NCBI RefSeq assembly: GCF_050920415.1
Contig: NZ_CP169309.1
DNA length: 64,000 bases
DNA from: Escherichia coli
GTDB taxonomy: Bacteria > Pseudomonadota > Gammaproteobacteria > Enterobacterales > Enterobacteriaceae
Reading direction: 5' to 3' (one strand)
A program made the translations under genes and the position numbers. Shown here one piece after another: positions 58,278 to 64,000 of the stretch. The notes under the pieces are model-generated. The model made no database searches and was not told the origin of the DNA. It saw nothing but the letters and a program-made list of their open reading frames with translations. How positions within the stretch are numbered: the stretch's first letter is position 1; each line of letters opens with the position of its first letter.

Positions 58278-59309
58278 ATGTCTGCATTTACCCCGGCAAG
58301 TGAAGTCTTGCTGCGTCACAGTGATGATTTCGAACAAAGCCGTATTCTGTTTGCCGGAGACTTACAGGATGACCTGCCCGCGCGTTTAGATACCGCGGCC
58401 AGCCGTGCTCATACCCAGCAATTCCACCATTGGCAGGTGTTAAGCCGCCAAATGGGTGATAACGCCCGTTTTAGCCTGGTGGCAACGGCGGATGACGTCG
58501 CAGATTGCGATACTTTGATTTACTACTGGCCGAAGAACAAACCGGAAGCCCAGTTTCAGTTAATGAATTTACTTTCTCTGCTGCCGGTGGGGACGGATAT
58601 TTTTGTTGTTGGCGAGAACCGCAGCGGCGTGCGCAGCGCCGAGCAGATGCTTGCAGATTATGCGCCGTTGAATAAAGTCGACAGCGCCCGTCGCTGTGGC
58701 CTCTATTTTGGTCGTCTGGAAAAACAGCCGGTATTTGATGCCGATAAATTCTGGGGCGAATACAGCGTCGATGGCCTGACGGTGAAAACGCTGCCTGGCG
58801 TGTTTAGCCGCGACGGTCTGGATGTCGGTAGCCAGTTGCTGCTCTCGACGTTAACTCCGCACACGAAAGGTAAAGTGCTGGATGTCGGCTGCGGTGCAGG
58901 CGTTCTTTCAGTTGCCTTTGCACGCCACTCACCGAAGATTCGTCTCACGTTGTGCGATGTTTCTGCGCCAGCAGTTGAAGCCAGCCGTGCAACACTTGCG
59001 GCCAACGGTGTTGAAGGTGAAGTCTTTGCCAGCAACGTCTTTTCTGAGGTGAAAGGTCGTTTTGATATGATCATCTCCAATCCGCCGTTCCACGATGGGA
59101 TGCAAACCAGTCTGGATGCAGCACAAACGCTGATTCGCGGCGCGGTGCGTCATCTTAACAGCGGCGGCGAGCTGAGAATTGTGGCGAACGCCTTCCTGCC
59201 TTACCCGGACGTGCTGGATGAGACATTTGGCTTCCACGAAGTGATCGCGCAAACCGGGCGCTTCAAGGTGTATCGCGCCATTATGACCCGCCAGGCGAAG
59301 AAAGGTTAA
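58278..59309 (+). CDS. rsmC: 16S rRNA m2G1207 methyltransferase
   Basis: 343 aa with the SAM motif [12 protein letters not shown] and NPPFH. Confidence 0.9.
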   Translation: MSAFTPASEVLLRHSDDFEQSRILFAGDLQDDLPARLDTAASRAHTQQFHHWQVLSRQMGDNARFSLVATADDVADCDTLIYYWPKNKPEAQFQLMNLLSLLPVGTDIFVVGENRSGVRSAEQMLADYAPLNKVDSARRCGLYFGRLEKQPVFDADKFWGEYSVDGLTVKTLPGVFSRDGLDVGSQLLLSTLTPHTKGKVLDVGCGAGVLSVAFARHSPKIRLTLCDVSAPAVEASRATLAANGVEGEVFASNVFSEVKGRFDMIISNPPFHDGMQTSLDAAQTLIRGAVRHLNSGGELRIVANAFLPYPDVLDETFGFHEVIAQTGRFKVYRAIMTRQAKKG

Positions 59310-59329
59310 GTATCCCGCCGCAAGCCTTG

Positions 59330-59495
<166 letters not shown>

Positions 59496-59617
59496 AGTTT
59501 CCCGATGGACATTTTTCCAGCAATTACACCTCCGTCGATAATTAACTATTGACGAAAAGCTGAAAACCACTAGAATGCGCCTCCGTGGTAGCAATTCTTT
59601 TTAAGAATTGATGGTAT

Positions 59618-59704
59618 GCGAAGGTGGCGGAATTGGTAGACGCGCTAGCTTCAGGTGTTAGTGTCCTTACGGACGTGGGGGTTCAAGTCCCCCCCCTCGC
59701 ACCA
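59618..59704 (+). tRNA. leuQ: tRNA-Leu (CAG)
   Basis: 87-nt class II tRNA: GCGAAGGTGGCGGAATTGGTAGACGCGCTAGCTTCAGGTGTTAGTGTCCTTACGGACGTGGGGGTTCAAGTCCCCCCCCTCGCACCA. Confidence 0.95.
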
Positions 59705-59732
59705 AAAACCACGTTGATATTGCTCGCACTGG

Positions 59733-59819
59733 GCGAAGGTGGCGGAATTGGTAGACGCGCTAGCTTCAGGTGTTAGTGTTCTTACGGACGTGGGGGTTCA
59801 AGTCCCCCCCCTCGCACCA
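59733..59819 (+). tRNA. leuP: tRNA-Leu (CAG)
   Basis: Second copy, with one base difference in the variable arm (gtgttctt). Confidence 0.95.
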
Positions 59820-59853
59820 AACGAGGCGATATCAAAAAAAGTAAGATGACTGT

Positions 59854-59940
59854 GCGAAGGTGGCGGAATTGGTAGACGCGCTAGCTTCAGGTGTTAGTGT
59901 CCTTACGGACGTGGGGGTTCAAGTCCCCCCCCTCGCACCA
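59854..59940 (+). tRNA. leuV: tRNA-Leu (CAG)
   Basis: Third copy, identical to the first. Confidence 0.95.
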
Positions 59941-59967
59941 ATTATCTTTACTTCCTTCCTTGTTTTT

Positions 59968-60204
59968 TCATCCCTGATTCAAATTCATTATCATCAGCAT
60001 GACGCCAGCAATAAGCACCAGGCACGATGGTAGCAAAATGTAATGCCGTAACTGTTTGTGATACAACATCACCGGCGTCAACACCAATCCCATCAGAATG
60101 ACAATCCGCCACTGATCCGGCGATAAATCCGCATACGTCAGCCCTGCAATCAGCAATCCTGGCAGAAACACTCCCCAGCCACTGCCCAGCATACGTTGCA
60201 ACAT
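59968..60204 (-). CDS. yjjZ: small inner-membrane protein
   Basis: 78 aa from ATG 60204 (MLQRMLGSGWGVFLPGLLIAGLTYADLSPDQWRIVILMGLVLTPVMLY...). Confidence 0.75.
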   Translation of the reverse strand: MLQRMLGSGWGVFLPGLLIAGLTYADLSPDQWRIVILMGLVLTPVMLYHKQLRHYILLPSCLVLIAGVMLMIMNLNQG

Positions 60205-60222
60205 GGTTTCATCTCTTTCATT

Positions 60223-60326
60223 GATAATGATAACCAATATCATATGATAATTTTTATCATTTGCAAGTCAGAGAAATCCCTTGCTATCGAATAAACCTAT
60301 CGCTAGGATTAGCAATCATTATCATT
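60223..60326. promoter_or_regulatory. Fur-box-like sequences in the yjjZ / fhuF divergent control region
   Basis: gataatgataaccaatatc (60223-60241), gataatttttatcat (60246-60260) and aatcattatcatt (60314-60326) resemble the GATAATGATAATCATTATC consensus. fhuF is a known Fur target. Confidence 0.65.
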
Positions 60327-60344
60327 TAGATTACTATCCCGATT

Positions 60345-61133
60345 ATGGCCTATCGTTCCGCACCGCTCTATGAAGATGTTATCTGGCGAACGCATCTCCA
60401 GCCGCAGGATGCTGGGCTTGCACAAGCAGTACGTGCGACGATCGCCGAACATCGTGAACATTTGCTCGAGTTTATCCGTCTGGATGAACCCGCCCCGCTT
60501 AACGCCATGACGCTGGCGCAATGGTCATCACCGAATGCGTTAAGTTCTCTGTTAGCTGTTTATTCCGATCATATCTACCGCAATCAACCAACGATGATCC
60601 GCGAGAATAAGCCGCTGATCTCCCTGTGGGCGCAATGGTACATCGGCCTGATGGTGCCGCCATTAATGCTGGCCCTGTTAACGCAGGAAAAAGCATTAGA
60701 TGTGACGCCGGAACATTTCCTCGTTGAGTTTCACGAAACCGGACGCGCCGCCTGTTTCTGGGTCGATGTGTATGAAGATAAAAACGCAACACCACATTCA
60801 CCGCAGCAGCGAATGGAAACGTTAATCAGCCAGGCGCTTGTTCCGGTTGTGCAGGCACTAGAAGCAACGGGAGAGATTAACGGTAAACTTATCTGGAGCA
60901 ATACCGGTTATTTGATCAACTGGTACCTCACTGAGATGAAGCAGCTGCTCGGCGAGGCGACGGTTGAATCGCTGCGCCATGCCCTCTTTTTTGAGAAAAC
61001 GCTCACTACCGGTGAAGATAATCCACTCTGGCGTACCGTGGTGCTGCGCGACGGCCTGCTGGTGCGCCGCACTTGCTGCCAGCGTTATCGCTTGCCGGAT
61101 GTGCAGCAATGTGGTGACTGTACGCTGAAATAG
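60345..61133 (+). CDS. fhuF: ferric-siderophore reductase (2Fe-2S)
   Basis: 262 aa with the C-terminal Cys cluster RRTCCQRYRLPDVQQCGDC. Confidence 0.9.
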   Translation: MAYRSAPLYEDVIWRTHLQPQDAGLAQAVRATIAEHREHLLEFIRLDEPAPLNAMTLAQWSSPNALSSLLAVYSDHIYRNQPTMIRENKPLISLWAQWYIGLMVPPLMLALLTQEKALDVTPEHFLVEFHETGRAACFWVDVYEDKNATPHSPQQRMETLISQALVPVVQALEATGEINGKLIWSNTGYLINWYLTEMKQLLGEATVESLRHALFFEKTLTTGEDNPLWRTVVLRDGLLVRRTCCQRYRLPDVQQCGDCTLK

Positions 61134-61171
61134 AAAAATTTGCCGGGGAAGTAAACCCGGCATTAAGCGTA

Positions 61172-61849
61172 TTAATAGGGGTGCAACACGTTACTTGCTT
61201 CGCAATGACGCATACATAACAGAATGTCTGCGGCCTCCAACAACCCTGCATCAGAACTGACGCCCAGTTTCGACATTACATTAAATTTATGCGCGCGGAT
61301 CGTTTTGATATTGCGTTTAAGCTGCTCGGCAATTTGTGTCATTGAGTAGCCACGCGACATAAAACGCAATATTTCTCTCTCCGTCGGGCTTAGCGTCCGG
61401 CTTTGGTTAATGTACCACTGATTGTTCAATCGGTCGGTCGCCTGACGCACACCATTTAATGACAAAAAGAGTTCCTGATGAAAAATCTCCAGCGTCGACG
61501 CTTTACTTAATACACCGTCCAGCGGTGATGGCGACAATGAACCAATCAGCCGAGCTTCAATATCATCATCCGCAATAACTAAACGTCGGGTACGCGGAAA
61601 CTTAATCGCCAGTTCAGTCAGGCAAGATAATCCCTCTCTGCGTTTACTTCTCATGGCAGAAAAAGAAAAAATGACCGCCGCAAATGAGATCCGCGACATG
61701 GCATCCTGAAATGACTCCTGACTGGTATAGATATGGAGCTTATAAGGGTTACCTGCAAACTTTCTGAATAAACTCTCAATACCGATACTGCTCATGACGC
61801 ATTTTTCTATGAGTGCGACATTTCTCTTCTTAATTCGGCTGTGTTCCAT
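61172..61849 (-). CDS. bglJ: LuxR-family transcriptional activator
   Basis: 225 aa with a C-terminal LuxR HTH ([45 protein letters not shown]). Confidence 0.9.
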
Positions 61850-62532
61850 TCTGCGGCATCTCCATAAACAGAAGGCAAGTTAAGTTCTCTTGCACCCTGC
61901 GCGCTATTTATCCATGCATACATTTCAGCGTTGCTGTGAATTGCCAGTCGACGCATCGCACTGTTTTTTTGGGCGCTGATAGTTTTATTACTTTTCTTAA
62001 GCAATGAAGCTATCTGGTTGATGCCCCATCCTTTACCTAATAGCCGCAGTACTTTGCGCTCTGAAAGAGTGAGAATAACGGAGCGATAGCTAAAATCATG
62101 CGTTTCAGTCATTGCCGGAGAGGTCAGCATGGCACTGATACGCTCTGCGTGCGTATTGCCAGAACGCACGGTCTTGACCAGATTCTCAATGGGTTCAACA
62201 TCAGACAATAATGTCGCCGTAGGGCACATGAGCAGTTCTACCGCCTGGGAATACCAGGAGCGTGACACCATGAAAACCCAGTGAATTTCCCGATATTGTG
62301 AGATTAAAGAATAATAATGCTCACAAACAGAACGAGGATCTTCACTTTCACCGGCTAAATCTGCAATAACTAATCCGGAACGACGTAATTGTAATAAGGT
62401 AAGGTCCTCCGCAGAGGCGCTGGATATTATTTCATATTCAGGGAAGTGAGTCCTCATGACCTCTTTTAACCCTGCTTGCATAACAGGTATTTTACTGATA
62501 ACAATTCCATTTTTGCAGCATCCTGGCAACAT
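61807..62532 (-). CDS. yjjQ: LuxR-family transcriptional regulator
   Basis: 241 aa with a C-terminal LuxR HTH ([41 protein letters not shown]). It overlaps the bglJ start. Confidence 0.9.
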
Positions 62533-63152
62533 ATTTCCTCCACATCCACTGTCTAAAAATCATGATGGTCTATTCAGGATATTCATTCCTTAAATGTTTC
62601 CAGCAAATTAATAGATTAAGCGAATAAATTATCCTTTGCATTCACTTTCATATCAGCATACTCCTGCTGCACAATAACTCCACTGCATGTGTCAGAAGGT
62701 TAGCATCAAATGATAACCTGGTGAAATAGCCTGGAGACATTTAAAATATCTACATTAAGTTGTTAGAAATACTTAATGAAAAACAGAATTCTCATTCATT
62801 TAATTTATAATTAAAAAATATTTCTTCTCGCAAAATAAAAAATCACACAATCAATATTTATTCAATAAAATCTGATAGTTTTATCTTTTTTAAAGCCTAA
62901 AAAAGCACTCAGTTATTGATAATCCCGATTCGTAAAAACCAGACCATACATTCATTATGCCGATAATATTCACGTTATAATTTGTTTACAGCTTGAGATT
63001 ATTCGTTTTTTACCCTCCGAGCCTCTCCCGATAACCAGGATTAATCAGCGCAATTTTGATCTTAACCTGCCGCAAAACAACCGCGCTTCATGATACAAAT
63101 GGATTCTCATAATTTGAACAATACGCAGCGCGTCTATGACAAAGGGCGAGTT

Positions 63153-63923
63153 ATGCAAACTGAGCAACAGCGAGCCGTAACACGGCTTTGTATCCAGTGC
63201 GGATTATTTCTTTTGCAACATGGTGCGGAAAGCGCGTTGGTCGATGAACTTTCCTCACGACTGGGTCGGGCGCTGGGAATGGACAGCGTCGAAAGTTCTA
63301 TCTCTTCGAACGCCATCGTACTGACAACCATTAAAGATGGGCAATGCCTGACATCGACACGTAAAAATCACGATCGCGGCATTAATATGCATGTGGTGAC
63401 TGAAGTCCAGCACATTGTGATTCTGGCGGAGCATCATCTGCTGGATTACAAAGGCGTAGAGAAAAGATTTAGCCAAATTCAGCCATTACGTTACCCGCGA
63501 TGGCTGGTAGCCTTGATGGTCGGCCTTTCTTGCGCCTGTTTCTGTAAACTCAATAACGGTGGCTGGGACGGTGCCGTCATCACCTTCTTTGCCAGTACGG
63601 CCGCGATGTATATCCGCCAGCTGCTGGCACAACGTCATCTTCATCCACAGATCAACTTTTGCCTCACCGCTTTCGCCGCCACCACCATTTCCGGTTTGCT
63701 TTTGCAACTTCCCACTTTCAGTAATACCCCCACCATTGCGATGGCCGCCAGCGTTCTCTTGCTGGTACCGGGCTTTCCGTTGATTAATGCCGTCGCCGAT
63801 ATGTTTAAAGGCCACATCAATACCGGACTGGCACGCTGGGCGATCGCCAGTCTGCTGACACTGGCTACCTGCGTCGGCGTGGTGATGGCACTGACGATTT
63901 GGGGGCTACGCGGATGGGTGTGA
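63153..63923 (+). CDS. yjjP: inner-membrane protein (ThrE-family, N-part)
   Basis: 256 aa from ATG 63153 ([30 protein letters not shown]...). Confidence 0.85.
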
Positions 63924-64000
63924 TCGAATTTCTGTTAGCGTTGGCGCAGGATATGATCCTCGCCGCCATTCCTGCAGTCGGCTTTGCGATGGTGTTCAAC
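63914..64000 (+). CDS. yjjB: inner-membrane protein, first 29 codons (runs off window end)
   Basis: ATG 63914 overlaps the yjjP stop: [29 protein letters not shown]... Confidence 0.75.

Noticed and set aside
59618-59940. Three regularly spaced 87-bp direct repeats (a possible repeat array).
   Set aside because: They are the leuQ-leuP-leuV tRNA-Leu genes with short, unrelated spacers.

Overview
The window is E. coli-type chromosome split by a ~47.6-kb lambdoid prophage. Left flank (1-8976): deoA'-deoC, yjjI-yjjW, yjjV-yjjU, ytjA, osmY, prfC. Right flank (56.6-64 kb): yjjG-rimI-holD, rsmC, leuQPV, yjjZ, fhuF, bglJ-yjjQ, yjjP-yjjB'. The prophage (8915-56513) sits inside the first 22 codons of prfC, between 14-bp direct repeats, and supplies a substitute prfC 5' end. 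Its virion module (Nu1 to J, lom, stf, tfa, cos) reads as near-lambda. Its early region is of the CPS-53/Rac type: YfdPQRS-like genes, an O-like initiator with internal iterons, a YdaT-like cII analogue, Q, and a cI/cro immunity region with ATGTACC-type operators. The Q-to-lysis segment has Stx-phage architecture (methylase, three tRNAs, pinholin, SAR endolysin, Rz/Rz1) but carries no stx genes. I found no single obvious large new system, no CRISPR array, and no known multi-gene defence operon. Things worth a second look, roughly in order: (1) a ~550-nt ORF-free, hairpin-dense leader between PL and the first early-left gene, in a phage with no N-like gene; (2) a terminator-insulated TerB-like gene, translationally coupled to an unannotated 54-aa two-TM peptide, in the slot where stxAB sits in Stx phages; (3) an AT-rich 239-aa gene with an Rx5H (HEPN-like) motif next to the integrase; (4) an SOS-wiring set: a LexA DNA-binding-domain-only paralogue, an SOS box in front of a KilA-N antirepressor gene, and a dinI-like gene behind tandem SOS boxes; (5) an antisense moron inside the PL leader; (6) a candidate antisense sRNA between tail genes I and J; (7) a tRNA-like gene with an oversized anticodon loop; (8) insertions and small membrane peptides that break up the lysis cassette. 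Three apparent gene lesions (two frameshifts, one amber) are also noted. All functional calls rest on reading motifs and on remembered protein families. I ran no searches, so family names should be treated as hypotheses.
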